This document shows, piece by piece, positions 37,473 through 50,539 of a stretch of 64,000 nt of DNA (position 1 is the stretch's first letter; every line of letters begins with the position of its first letter). The notes under the pieces were generated by a model that did not search any database, was not told where the DNA came from, and saw only the letters and a list, made by a program, of their open reading frames with translations. The stretch is taken from NCBI RefSeq assembly GCF_006345805.1, contig NC_043004.1:7626001-7690000 (forward strand), read 5' to 3'. The stretch is from Octopus sinensis (lineage: Eukaryota). A program made the position numbers and the translations under genes.

Positions 37473-37864
37473 ACTCTTTTACTTGTTTCAGTCATTTGAC
37501 TGCGGCCATGCTGGAGCACCGCCTTTAGTCGAGCAAATCGACCCCGGGACTTATTCTTTGTAAGCCCAGTACTTATTCTATCGGTCTCTTTTGCCGAACC
37601 GCTAAGTGACGGGGACGTAAACACACCAGCATCGGTTGTCAAGCAATGCTAGAGGGACAAACACAGACACACAAACATATACATACACACATATATATAC
37701 ATATATACGACAGGCTTCTTTCAGTTTCCGTCTACCAAATCCACTCACAAGGCATTGGTCGGCCCGAGGCTACAGCAGAAGACACTTGCCCAAGATGCCC
37801 CGCAGTGGGACTGAACCCAGAACCATGTGGTTGGTAGGCAAGCTACTTACCACACAGCCACTCC
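37473..37864 (-). mobile_element. Full-length ~390-bp tRNA-derived SINE with internal microsatellite
   Basis: On the minus strand: A-box TGTGTGGTAAG and B-box GGTTCAGTCCC, central domain, (TA/TG)n linker, then a 3' part ending tgactgaaacaagtaaaagagt. Confidence 0.85.
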
Positions 37865-38501
37865 TGCGCCTATGTATACCATATTTTTGGATATTATTCG
37901 TGGTGTATTGCTTTTACTGTAGTAGTTGTAGCGATATATTTAATTGGAACAGTTTTTGTTATAAATTTTTATTTAGAAAACACCCAAATGAGTAATGCAA
38001 AAACTAATAAACAGTTTACTTGAAAATACATTTAAGGATAATATTCATTACAATATTAACTAACAGAGTGTTTTTTCAGTTATAGCTAACTACTGTCATT
38101 TATTCCCTCTTCTCTTCCTCTCCCTTCATGTTTCTCTCTTACCGTGTATGTGAGTAATGTCACTTTACTCATTGCCTGCATCCAAACCTAGTAAGGGCAT
38201 TCATTCTGCGCCTTTCATGTAAATTCTGTATCTCTTTTAATCAACCAATCGACCAACGTTTCTATCAGCTATTATTAAATGAAAATGCCTGGAGAAATGA
38301 CTGAAGATTAGGCAACATATGGTAGAATAGTATGTCTTTCTTCTTTTTTGCTTTTTCCTTAAAAACTAGAAAATGGGGCAGGTAAAACATTTTCCCTAAA
38401 CTGTTTCTGTCAACTTGCACTATAAAAAGTTGATAGAAATGAAGAAGAGGTTTGCTGATTTGAAAACCGATGTCATTGAATTAAAATACTGGACTCAGTT
38501 A

Positions 38502-38795
38502 TTTTGCAATGGGACACGACTGATGATAGAGAAAATGATGTCAGAGGTTATCGAGGCTACCATTCTTTCTGAATGTGGATAAAATTATGACATCTTCATT
38601 CCAAGAATTCCTCTTACTCCATCAGGCACGGAAATCCCATTTACGTTCATAAGACTGCAATTCCCTCTTCGTGTCAGTTTTGCCATGTCCTTTAACAAAT
38701 CTCAGGGTCAAACCCTCTCTGTGACTGGTCTTCTCTTGGAAGAGCCCTGCTTCTCGCATGGACAACTGTATGTTGGCTGCTCAAGAGTGGGATGT
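38502..38795 (+). mobile_element. Helitron RepHel PIF1-helicase C-terminal fragment
   Basis: FCNGTRL...FIPRIPLTP...FIRLQFPLRVSFAMSFNKSQGQTL..GLLLEEPCFSHGQLYVGCSRV with one in-frame stop; absent from the ORF track. Confidence 0.9.
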
Positions 38796-39544
38796 AATTT
38801 ATATCATTATATGATTGAACACCACGCATCCATTTCCAAGTAAGTTTTATCTTAATAATTCTGATGCATACTCTACAACTCTCTCTATTCTCCCTCTATT
38901 ATTCATCATTCTTTCTGTTTTTCTTCTCCTACCCCTTCACTGTTCTCTTTCTCTCTCTCCCTCCCTCTCTCTCTCTCTTTCTCACTCTTCCTCCTTGACT
39001 CTCTCGTTGCTCACACGTGACCAGTGGCTATCTTCCTTTTTCCTCTTGCTTTACAAGAGATAAGACATGCTTTTGCCTGTCTCCTGTCAAAGCTTGTTTC
39101 TCCAGCGTTCACCATTTCACCTCGTTATGGCTTAACAGCCTTTACCATTTCTTTTTACTGTTTTGTTCTTACTGTCCTGTTTTAGTTACCACTTTAACCC
39201 TTCGCAAATCCCAAATTTTATTTAATTTGCTTTGCGGGAACGACTGTTTTAACGAAGTCGCGTCTAATCTCAACGTACGAAATGTGGAGTAGATGATACA
39301 GAGGACAACTGATGAAGGGATTGTTCTTTATGTTGCCTGTCTCGTTTCTCTGTTTGTTTCTTTTGTTGTTCGAAAAAAATTCGTTTTCCATGTTTTTGTT
39401 TTTTTTATGTTCTCATTTTTCATTTTGTCCACGTTTTTTGACGTCCTGTACCCATATATGCATATACATATATTATTTATGTTGTTGTTGTTATTATCAT
39501 TATTATTTTTATTATTATTATTATTTTACATACATATATACGTG

Positions 39545-39725
39545 CCAGGGGCACGTAAAAAGCACTCACTACACTCACGGAGTGGTTGGCGTTAGGAAGG
39601 GCATCCAGCCATAGAAACATTGCCAGATCAGACTGGGCCTGGTGCAGCCTTCTGGCTTCCCAGACCCCAGTTGAACCGTCCAACCCATGCTAGCATGGAA
39701 AGCGGATGCTAAATGATGATGATGA
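39545..39725 (+). mobile_element. RTE 3'-UTR copy
   Basis: Same family; (GAT)n tail at ~39715-39725. Confidence 0.75.
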
Positions 39726-39727
39726 TA

Positions 39728-39810
<83 letters not shown>

Positions 39811-42800
39811 CAAAATGGGACAAGAACACAAAACATCCGGTCAGCTAGGTGATACAAAAAGGGACAACAAAACATTCAGATAGACGATACAAAGAAAACA
39901 AGGACGGGTCATTCGAAGCCCTCTATGCTCAGTCAAGCACCAGATTATCCTCGCAATTTCGGCTGATTATTCTTGAGATTGCTCCAATCTGGCCAGCCCC
40001 AAGGAAAAACTAAGCTAAGAGCATTAGATTTCTTGGAAGAAAGCAGCGAATGTATACAAAAACAAGGACGGAAAAAACGGACAAAGTTCCACAAATATAA
40101 ATACAATAATAAATGCAATAAAACTAATAACAGGACATAACAACAGGTGTCTTTCGACTAAGGACGAATTGAATTAAGCTGGCGTGTATGGAAATAATGC
40201 CTTACAGCAGAGATACAAAAATTTCACAAACACAGGGAAGAATATCGATGTTGCACAGATGGCGGTCAGACCAAGAAAGAAAGAACAGGCTAGGCTGACC
40301 GGCGGTCACGTGGAAAGAGAGAGAAGTAGAAGCAGAGGGACAGAAGAATTAAGGAGGGGCACAGTGAAGTGAAAAGTGGAGGGAAAGTGAGTACTTGCTG
40401 ACTAATGTTGGTATGTTTACGTCCCCATGAATTAGCAGCTTCACAAAAGAGACCGATAGAACGAGTACTTGGGGTCAATGCTACTCAATTCCTTTATGTG
40501 AAGCCTACAAGATTTAGTATGTGTGTTACATGGTTTTGATTCAGTAATTATCGACCACCTTTAATTCTATTCAATGTTAGACTTGTAGTGAATCTAGCAT
40601 GCATGAAGTAGATTTGAATCCACCATAGCCAAATTTAAATTAACACTGCAACAGAACAATGGTTTTTCTCTGACAGCAGTTTTACATTTTCCAGATGCCT
40701 TTAGCTAGACCGAAATAATGTCTTCACCACTTGACCCTTTCTAACCTCTTCTACTTCACCAAAAGCTAGAATAGAGATAACAAGACCACCAACTAAATCT
40801 ATTGTTCTCAATGATATATCTATCCTTCTGGATAATTATATAAACAAGCACACCCCAAGCAAAAATCAGTTCGTCACAGTCATGACGACTCAACGGAGTT
40901 AGTCACAGTTGGTGACGACTCAACGAGGTCTGAGGGAGAAAGCAACTGTGAGACAACACCCTACAATTCTCTCTAGCTCTAATTCTGTTCTCTTACAACA
41001 TCATTCTATCTGTCTCAGCAATTACTACTAAACAGTGAAGAGAATCCAAACTCAAACTTTACTTCGCATGCTTTTGGATTTATCATAACCTGCCCGTCGA
41101 GGCAAGCTAATTGTAACATAACAGTAAATAAATACTTTCTTAAAACATCGTGCATTGTTCATCTTTCACATCCTACAGTTTACCGTAATAACAACAAATT
41201 TTTATCGTCCCACCAGCTGACTCAGACAAATCAATAATAATGTTTACCAATAAATTTCTGCCGTTACAGACTCTTTGAGGTGTTTCATGTATGATGCTAA
41301 TAATGTCTTGAAACCTTTGTTATTGGGGTGAATAAATGAATTCTTGTGTCCCCTATATCTTAAAATCAATAGTACTGCCTATATAAATTTTCCTATGTCA
41401 CGTAGGACTTACTGATCTAACTTCGCATATATACATACACACACACATATATATATAAACATATATATATGCCCAGTTAACTTATAAAATGAAGAAATGG
41501 AGGTAATAATTATATGCCGTGATGCTGTACCAGACTGGCTCTCATGGCTCCTGATCTTAACTGATTGAAAGTGTTATCATGTACATGTTTTGCCTAAGTG
41601 TAAAAGATGAACTACAGCAAATATTCTACTAAAAACTGCAGTTTTTCTTGACCTTAAGCAGTTGAGCATGTCCCTTCGTGGATGACAATATGTGCATCTC
41701 TGATCATGAGCAGGAGTAGTGGGGGAACATCATATCCATGCACTGAGAGGAATTCTTTGGGGTTTGAATAATTCACCTATGGAAATATTGATGTTTCATT
41801 CACCATCCTTAAACAACCCTTATTCAGGGATCTTTTGAATAATTTTCTCGACCCGAAGAAAATTGTAACTGGGCCCCGTCTACAAGGTCACGCGATGTTT
41901 ATCTCGATATGAGGTCACTATGTTGCGCACATATGGTTGTAATGCATGTGCCTGGCGTATCCTTATCAGATTGGAGATTCGTGTATTTGTACCCCAGCGT
42001 TTCTTTGATGGCACGTGCTACTCTCTCACTCGATAATAACAATAATAGAAGGGCCATTATTGATGCTAGTATATTTTGAGGAGTTTCTTTTACCGACGAA
42101 TTGTTAGTCTCTAATTATTTGACTCGTTCAAATTATTGATAAGCCTACAAATTGTAGAGACTTTTATTATAGTAATTTAGTCCTTCACAATTCCAAAATC
42201 TATTAATAAATCGCTTCATTTACATTAACGATGCACTTAATAACCAATTATTGCACAAGCTAATTCTGTACTTCCCTAACAGAAAACTTACGAGAATCAA
42301 ATTAGTTGATTTCGAACATGTGAAGGGAAAATAACTAATCGAAATTTTACATATTTTTAACGAAAACTGAAAATAATTATATATGAAATATGGAAGGAAT
42401 TGTATAGTACTCAAAGAAAAACGCAGATCATAAACAATATATTAAATAGTGCACTAAATGAAAGAAATTACTTCATTTATATGAATGGTAGTTTTTTTTT
42501 TATATACACAAAATGTTGATTCTAGTATTTTAGTTTTATACACGGCCAGTGTCACTGTTTAAACAATGATAAAGTTTTAATAAAATCCTAATTGAATATA
42601 AATAAATTGGCGATGTCCACTATTTATTAATTTTAACATATGGAACAGTATATACGAGATTTAAAGTTCATGAAGTCTTAAACTTGAAAACAGTGCAAAT
42701 ATGCTTTATTATTTCATATATAAGGCATTTTTGCCAATGATTTATTCCCAAATGGAGTTTAATGCAAATGTGTATTGCAGTCTATTTTCTGCGCAGTTTA

Positions 42801-42989
42801 AATGAATGGTAAGAAAGCAAACAAAGATTAAATTCTAGAAAAGATTCCTAATTTATATGAACAAGAGTAAACCGAGCCAGTCAAATAACTCAATAGTCCA
42901 CTGAAATCCCACTTTTAAGATAATAATAATACAAAGTGCATCATTAATTCATTAATTCGCGATTCACAAATATATTTCTTTATTACCCA

Positions 42990-43185
42990 CAAGGGGCTAA
43001 ACACAGAGGACAAACGGATCAAGTCGATTATATCGACTCCAGTGCGTAACTGGTACTTATTTAATCGAACCCAAAAGGATGAAAGGCAAAGTCGACCTCG
43101 GCGGAATTTGAACTCAGAACTTAACGGCAGACGAAATACCACTAAGCAATTCGCCCGGCGTGCTAACCTTTCTGCCAGCTCAAAT
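42990..43185 (-). mobile_element. Second tRNA-derived SINE family copy
   Basis: B-box-like GAGTTCAAATTCC followed by gaggtcgactttgcctttcatcc...taagtaccag; a degenerate copy lies at ~50200-50360. Confidence 0.7.
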
Positions 43186-43199
43186 AATTATAATGGAAT

Positions 43200-43329
43200 T
43201 TTCCTTATAAAACCGGAAATAAAAACAAAAACAATAATGTAATTGAAGCTAGAACTTCTTTCGACATGGAATTGTTTTTGTAGTTACACCGTTTCCGGTT
43301 CTTTCCACGTGGTGTTTGATGTGGGAATT
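43200..43329 (+). promoter_or_regulatory. Candidate WDR36 core promoter / 5' UTR
   Basis: Two oppositely oriented ETS-type ACCGGAAA motifs (43212-43219 and 43292-43299) directly upstream of the ATG. TSS not determinable from sequence. Confidence 0.4.
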
Positions 43330-43470
43330 ATGTCGGCCAGCAAAATCTTCACGGGTTTCCGTGCTTTGGGTTATGTCAGCAATCATGTACCATTAGTAAC
43401 CAGATACCAGGAGAAGGTGAAAGAACATTATGTCATAACCTGTGTCGGCAAGGCTTTTCATACATATAAT
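43330..43470 (+). CDS. WDR36: WD repeat-containing protein 36 (UTP21), exon 1
   Basis: ATG at 43330; MSASKIFTGFRALGYVSNHVPLVTRYQEKVKEHYVITCVGKAFHTYN resembles WDR36 FRALG..SN..P...TCVGKSFHTYD; GTAAGT donor, phase 0. Confidence 0.92.
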
Positions 43471-44076
43471 GTAAGTGTTTTCATATATTTTCTTCCGTCC
43501 CAAATAAGATCTGTTTGACGAACCTCCTAAACTTTTCTCGAATCCTTTGATAATTTGAGTAAATAAACTCCAAGAAATAATCTGTTATTCTTATGTGTTT
43601 GCAACAAAAGTCACCATTTCGTGTACTCTTATTGTTAACATTCATTTCTTAGGGTTAGGGTTGGGGGAAAAGGGTTTCTTTTTTCGTCAGAAATGTAAAT
43701 AAACGCACGTTTATAATTGGCAGCTATGGTACTTGTACCGAAAGCGGTCCCTACATTGTTACTTGACCTGCTCGAAATAGTAGCCAAACCGCGCTCAAAT
43801 TACGATCGACCGTCTTCAAGCAAAATACATTGGAAGTGATATCAAAGACGGGAGGATTATATTTGGAAAGCTTTTAGTTAAACCATTGTTCGATTAATAT
43901 TGATCTGAGCTAAGCAATATCCTATTAAAACCGAAATATGTGTGTTTTAATTTAGTTTTTCTTAATACTGTATTACTTTTTCTCCGTAAAGTAACTTTGT
44001 TTTAAAAACGCAAAAAAACAATTTTATTGCGTGAATTCTGTTTTGTTGTAACCTTTTCATTTAAATATATTTCCAG

Positions 44077-44104
44077 TGTTCCAAGCTTGGGATATCTAAT
44101 ATCA
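44077..44104 (+). CDS. WDR36: WDR36 exon 2 (28-nt micro-exon, CSKLGISNI-S)
   Basis: ttccAG acceptor and GTAAGT donor. Bridges phase 0 to phase 1 exactly as needed and corresponds to WDR36 VQKLSLVAVS. Confidence 0.88.
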
Positions 44105-45099
44105 GTAAGTACATATATATTTATACATACAGTTATTTTATAATTTTATTTTCACTTTTCTGTTAGTAACGATGGAACGATTGTAAATGGTCTACATTTG
44201 TATAATTTTGGATGATATTTAATAGACAAACGGAAGCAAAAGCACCACGAGATAGAAGTAAAGCAACATTTTATTTAAACTGAAACTTCTAACTCAAGTC
44301 TGAGCATTTTTCTTTGAATTCCCACCTGAGATAGATATTATTTTATACTCTAGTCTTGACATCTTGTGTAAGCTAAAGTAAGATATTTTTAAAACTCTTT
44401 ACTTTCGGACCATGCAACACATTAACCTTTCCATTGGTCGCTTATGTAATAATATACACATCATTTTAATTTCTCTTTCGAAATGAAATTTTCCAATAAC
44501 ATTATTAAACATTAGTGATTGTCTGAAGGGACATAACTCTAGATTAATGTTTTGCTGAATCAAGAGGCAATGGAAGTAGATTTTTATCTCCAGGATTGCC
44601 CATAACATTTAACAGAGGTAAAAACTGATTAGTGTTTTTTGCAGGCATATTATGGCCAGTGCCCCCTGACTGGCTCCCATGGCGGTGGGACGTAAAGTGC
44701 CAAGACTGCCTGACTGGTTGTTCCTGTGCTGGTGGCACGTAAAAAGCAGCCACTACACTCTTGGAGCGGTTGGCGTTAGGAAGGGCATCCAGCTGTAGAA
44801 ACCTTGCCAGATCAGATTGGATCCTGGTGCAGCCTCCTGGCTTCCCAGACCTCAGTCAAACCGTCCAACCCATGCTAACATGGAAAGCCAACGTTAAACG
44901 TTGATGACGATGAGTAGTTCCTCGGAAATAATTTATTAATTTTAGGAGAAGTACTGCTTACAACGGGGATTTACCGTATTTTAACGTGTATCAGGAACCC
45001 CCTAATTTTGCGGGTTTAAATTTGGAAAAAAAAAGTTTTGTAAGGGATTATAATACTATCCATGTATAAGAAACTCCCATATTGAGATGAAATCATCGT

Positions 45100-45740
45100 A
45101 GATAGAGCTTTTCGGAGTGACCCCCGCAGCCCACGCTCTGGAGCAGGAGTGAAGAACAGCTTTTTCGAGAGGTTAAACTTTCTGCTCATGATGTTGTGAG
45201 CAAGAATGAGATCACCATGCGTCATCGTTTTTCGAGAGAATAAAGGTCGAGTGTCTTCAGCCTTTCTTCATAAGACAAATACTTGAGACCAAGAACCATG
45301 CGGGTAGCCAGCTTCTGGACTCTTTCGAGATGATGTATGTCTTTGAGGAGATAAGGAGAAGAGGCTTGAATCCCGTACTCCAATATGGGTCTCACCAGCA
45401 TGTCATAGAGCGGTAGGAATATGGCTGCTGTGATCATTCCGAATGACTGTCGAATCAAAAACAGAACTCCGCGTGCTTTGTTGGCAGCATGGACGCATTG
45501 GGCTGAAGGCGAAAAGGAAGAATCCACCAAGATACCCAGGTCCTTTACTTGGTTGGTCTTCTCCAGCAGCAGGCAACCCGGCTCGAAATCAAGTTGAGTT
45601 GCACGAGAGGAGCCAACAGGCAGATGACAGCACTTTGACATGTTCAGACACGGTTCCATTCATTTGACCATCTCCAAACTTGGTGGAGGTATCGACGAAG
45701 ATCATCTATATCATTGCGAGGAGCGACCAGATCTTTTTGT
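45100..45740 (-). mobile_element. CR1-type LINE RT C-terminal fragment
   Basis: KDLGILVDSSFSPSAQC..AANKARG.L..IRQSF...LPLYDMLVRPILEYG..SPYL.KDIHHLERVQK.ATRM..GL..LSYEERLK.L.LYSLEKR, then a RGHSEKL-like motif (ORF 45222..45659). Confidence 0.92.
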
Positions 45741-45993
45741 AGGGTTGGGGCTGGTATTTTTCCTTTTGAAAACTGCTGGACCAGAGGACCATGAGCAATA
45801 CAGCTCAGAAGCCATTATTTTGTATTCCTTGGCAAGATGTATAACCTTTACTTGACATACTATGGTATCACTGAAAACTGATCCCTGCTTCCTTAACAGT
45901 TATTGGTGTTTAGCTCCATATCAATCCTGACAAAAGATCAAATGTGTTCCAGCCATCACAATCTTGTTTAAGTATTGTATATGTAGGATTTCC

Positions 45994-47522
45994 ATGGCTA
46001 ATGCAGTTTCACACCTCACTTGAAAATTCATTTTTTGTTTTTTGCAAAATTTTTTTTCAGATTCCTACATTTTAGATGTCAGATTACAAATATGCAACCC
46101 CGCCCATTTAAAATTTTGGACTTTTTCAAAACTTTTTTCTTTGTTTTTTGATGACAGAGATTCTGGATATTCAAAAAACCACATTTTGAAAGTTTTAAAT
46201 TCAATGAGCATATAGATATGTGTATAAAGAGATAGATATGAATGTCTTCCTGGGGCTAAAAACAACAGTAACACTGTCTTCTTCTCTAGGACTACCATAT
46301 TTAGTTGACAAATTTATTTTATGAATAAACCTCAGCATCATCATTGTTTAGCGTCCGCTTTCCATGCTCGCATGGGTTGGATGGTTCAACTGGGGTCTGG
46401 GAAGCCAGAAGGCTGCACCAGGCCCAGTCTGATCTGGCAATGTTTCTATGGCTGGATGCCCTTCCTAACGCCAACCACTCCATGAGTGTAGTGGGTGCTT
46501 TTTACGTGCCAGACGAGTTTGGCAAACGGCCATGATCGGATGGTGCTTTTTATGTGCCAGGCGAGACTGGCAATGGCCACGAATGGATGGTGCTTTTTAC
46601 GTGCCACCGGCACGAGGCCAGTCTGGGCGGCACTGGCAACGGCACGTTTGGATGGTTCTCTTACGTGCCACCGGCACTGGTATCTCAGCTGCAATTTCCA
46701 TTGCTCGATTTCGGTTCCGATTCTCACTTGCCTCAACAGGTCTTCACAAGTAGAATTTTGTGTCCCAAGAAGGGAAGGTATGCATAAGTGGACTGGCTAC
46801 ATCCCGTGTAGAAGGCCACGGGTTATGGTCTCACTTGTCCTGCCAGGTCTTCTCATGCACAGCATACTTCCAAAGGTCTCGGTCTCTAGTCATTTCCTCA
46901 GTGAGACCTAAAGTTCGAAGGTCTTGCTTCACCACCTCGTCCCTCTGTTGTGTCTGGGGAGAGTCATTTTCTTTTTGTGCCTTATGATTTAACACACTCA
47001 CCGGTAACATTTCCACTCATTTCTTATTTTTATTTTCCTAAAATTTTCGTTGCGTCTTGCAACCTTTTCAATAGTCTTAACTCTGTCCGTTCAAAGACAA
47101 ATAGACAGACAAATAAATGAATGAAAAGTTCAAAATTTAAAATTGGGGGAGGGGGTGAATTTTGAGCCCCTTGTTAAACTTTATAACATTAATTATTAAA
47201 TATTAATGTGTGTTTCTCATAAAATGGTGTATATTTAATTTACATTCAATTATTATTTACGATTATTTAAGGCAAACACAAGTAAAATGCAAATTCTTTT
47301 CACATTAATGTTTTTAATTTCGATTTGCATATGTTCGTCAGTTTGCTACAATCTCTTTAAAGTAAACAAAATCAAAAATTTAAATTGGGGAGAGTGGGGT
47401 GAAATAAAAAAATTTTTTTTTTTGCGTATTTGTAATCTCTGATACCTAAAATGTAGGAATCCGAAAAGATTTTTAAAAAAAAATGCATTTTTCAAGGAGA
47501 GGTGTGAAACTGCATTAGCCCC
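45994..47522. mobile_element. DNA element with ~110-bp TIRs and 8-bp TSD (Merlin-like), containing a nested RTE 3' end
   Basis: TSD ggatttcc at 45986-45993 and 47523-47530. TIR (GG)GGCTAATGCAGTTTCACACCTC...; the left end has GG>AT. Confidence 0.8.
46337..46940 (-). mobile_element. RTE LINE 3' end (ORF C-terminus plus complete 3' UTR)
   Basis: DEVVKQDLRTLGLTEEMTRDRDLWKYAV followed by the 3'-UTR repeat with internal subrepeats and a (GAT)n tail. Confidence 0.85.
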
Positions 47523-47845
47523 GGATTTCCTCACATTTCTAGACAGTAGAGTGATTTGAAGGAATTTTCTCTGTTATTTCTAACACTTTGTGTAACCACA
47601 TGGGTGTGTTTGCTGGTTTTTACTTTACAGTGTTATGGTCAGTTATAGGTCGAGTCAATGTAGAAAGATGACATGGTCCACCAAATTATCTGATATTGCT
47701 AAATCCTTCTCTCCCATAAAAGTAGAAAAACTAAAAGGCGATGGAGACATTAATAGTCTGTAAGGAAAAATTAGTATATAGTTCGAATTTGTTTTAATTA
47801 ACTGGGCTGTATTTTATGATTTTATGACTTTTTAAAACTTTTCAG

Positions 47846-47946
47846 GTGACACCCATCCTGATGAGATCTCATGCCTTGCTGCTAATCATCATCAAGTATT
47901 TACAGCCTGCCAAAATATTATCTACTGCTTCCTACGGGGACAGCAG
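47846..47946 (+). CDS. WDR36: WDR36 exon 3 (DTHPDEISCLAANHHQVFTACQNIIYCFLRGQQ)
   Basis: ttttcAG acceptor and GTCAGT donor; 101 nt; phase 1 to 0; aligns to WDR36 PQDICCMAAD..VFAAYGN. Confidence 0.88.
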
Positions 47947-48473
47947 GTCAGTCGAAATTAACTAATATACTTTTTAATTCTTTTTAAGATGCAATTTTGG
48001 TTTTCACTTCTTTTGTTGATAATATAAAGTTAGAACACTCAGGCGTCAATGTTGATCCTTTACCCGACTACCTTCTCTCCGATGGAATTGGCAAGGAGAC
48101 ATCAACTTGGATTCCTCATTTCTGACTCTTATAACATTTTTGACAAGGATTCAAAGGAAACCACATGATTCACTTTAAATGAAATATGCAACTTCAAAAT
48201 AGATTTTATTTTCATTTAACAAAAGAATCAAAGCATTTGAATTTCATTCCTTCTAATTTTCTTGTTCAAAAAGTCAACATTTACACAATCAGCAATGAAA
48301 CCATCTCAATTCATTTTTGATTTTTCTATGTCACATAATTATTTTCAAGTCAAAGTTGTTGCCTTGAAACTAAACTCTGTCCCTAGTAAATAAGAGGCTT
48401 TTTTTTCTTTGGAGAGAGAATCTCATCTGAATGATGTAATGATTTGGTTGACATAATGGCTTGGATTCTTTAA

Positions 48474-50107
48474 CCCTTTCGTTACTATATTTCTGACCAA
48501 AATACACCCCTTATGTGTTTCAATTAATTTCTAACGTAATCATAAATTTAGTCTGGTTTCATTAAACAACTATAACTTTTTTATTTATTAATATATTAAC
48601 GTGAATTTTGGAAGATAATTTAATGAAATGTTCTCAACCAATTCTATACTATAATTTTTGTCACAAAGTGACTCTAATTGCAGGTAGATACAATGTAAAT
48701 TCAACAAAATATAAAATTATTAAAATTTTGTTCAAACATCGCTATAGAAAATGGGTTTTTAGCTAATATTCAATTGGGTATACAACAAAATTTTACGATA
48801 GAATTTGTTATTCTGGGTAACTTTCTGATACCCATAATAATATTTATGGCAAAATGGTTTTAATTTCATTTAAGGTTGTGGGAAACCACTTTCTTTCGTT
48901 TTGTTTACATTTAGCGTAACGGTTCGTTTTCGCCGTAATGAGTTCAAATAGGCTCATTCGAAAAAGTAAAAAGAAATAGTCTAAGGCTTTACTCTCTTGG
49001 GAAAGTCTGTGGCTTGGTCCAGTTTCTTCAGAAAAATCACCGAAAGAAACAGTTTTTAAATTTTCACTCCATTCAGTGCCAATTCATTTTCTTTATCGCT
49101 GTTGGAGCTCTCGGATTCACTGTTTTCACTTTCGGAAAATGAAACATCAGATTCATTATCAAATACCACATGCTCTTTTTTTTTCAGTCATAGAGTTAGA
49201 TTTATGAAGGTCTTCAGTAGAAAATCCTTCGAATTCTGACTCGCTGCTTGATATAATGAAATTCGTATCCATTTTTTGTCAGAATTAAAATTTTGAAAAC
49301 ACAATAGGAACAAATTTCGGAAAAAATCTCCCAAAATTCACGGAATAAAATTACACTTCGTTTTTGTACAAAACTGTAGTTGAACTGTTTACGAAGTATA
49401 TACGATTTTCACGAATGTACTAAAGAGATTTGCTCTGATATTCTCATTTAACTTTTAATTTTGTTACAATTTTAGTCGCTATAAGTTAACGGTCGTTTTT
49501 CGCCCGTAATGATTTCAAATAGTCATTCGAAAAAGTAAAAAGAAAATAGTCTAACGCTTTACTCTCTTGGGAAGTCTGTGGGCTTGGTCCGTTTCTTCAG
49601 AAAAATCACCGAAAGAAACAGTTTTTAAATTTTCCACTCCATTCAGTGCCAATTCATTTTCTTTATCGCTGTTGGAGCTCTCGGATTCACTGTTTCACTT
49701 TCGGAAAATGAAACATCAGATTCCTTATTCAAATACCACATGCTTTTTTTTTCAGTCATAGAGTTAGATTTATGAAGGTCTTCAGTAGAAAAATCCTTCG
49801 AATTCTGACTCGCTGCTTGATATAATGAAATTCGTATCCCATTTTTGTCAGAATTAGAAAATTTTGAAAACCAATAGGAACAAATTCCGAAAAAAAAAAT
49901 CTCCCAAAATTCACGGAATTAATTACACTTCGATTTTTGTACAAAACTGTAGTTGAACTGTTTACGAAGTAAATACGTATTTTCACGAATGTACTAAAGA
50001 GATTTGCTCTGATATTCTCATTTAAATATGAATAGGTAATTCGGGCGGTTTTGGGCGGCTTGGTCACATTAACCAAAATTTTTTCGGGTGGTTTGGTAAC
50101 GAAAGGG
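48474..50107. mobile_element. Non-autonomous piggyBac-type element with an internal ~570-bp tandem duplication
   Basis: TTAA TSD at 48470-48473 and 50108-50111; 12-bp TIR CCCTTTCGTTAC/GTAACGAAAGGG; internal copies at ~48915-49452 and ~49485-50024. Confidence 0.88.
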
Positions 50108-50539
50108 TTAAGGAGAGTACAGGAGGCAGTCAAAAAAGCTAGCTTCTATATATGGCTGAAGCGGGAAGACCCCAGTGACTTTGAGGGGAGGGGATAGTCA
50201 ATGCCATTAACCCCACTACATGACTGGTACATTATTTTATTGACCCCCCCCCCCAAATGCATGAAAGGCAACATTGACCTCTGGGATTTGAACTCAGTCT
50301 GAAGAAATACCACTAAGCATCTTGTCCAATTTGTTAATGATTCTGGCTGCTTGCCACCTTGCTGCAAGTAAATAATGGCTTTTGTTTTAAACCATTCTTC
50401 CAAATATAATAGTATTTATTTTTTTTGATTTGACTAATTTTTATTTTTTCTCTTTTTGCTTTAAATATGCCATAGCTTGCTCATCTTTACTATCAGCATC
50501 CATTAGTTTAATAAAATACATAAATTGTAGTTAAGATAC

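Noticed and set aside
39270-40210. CTGATGA/CTGAGCA and GAAA fragments in other repeats (also ~12840-12910) as hammerheads
   Set aside because: I could not build stems I and II with the required G10.1-C11.1 pair; at most these are decayed remnants.
40660-41193. Possible solo LTR (TATAAA, AATAAA, ends TAACA, 4-bp acaa flanks, internal short direct repeat at ~40874-40927)
   Set aside because: The 5' end (TGGTT) is atypical, a 4-bp match in AT-rich DNA is weak, and there is no PBS, PPT or second copy in the window.
46490-46680. Regularly spaced direct repeats with variable spacers, superficially CRISPR-like
   Set aside because: Eukaryotic context, no cas genes, spacers related to each other, and the array is part of a dispersed LINE 3' UTR.
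49756-50133. 125-aa ORF at the end of the piggyBac-type element
   Set aside because: It crosses the TIR, shows no transposase motifs and lies in a duplicated AT-rich tract.
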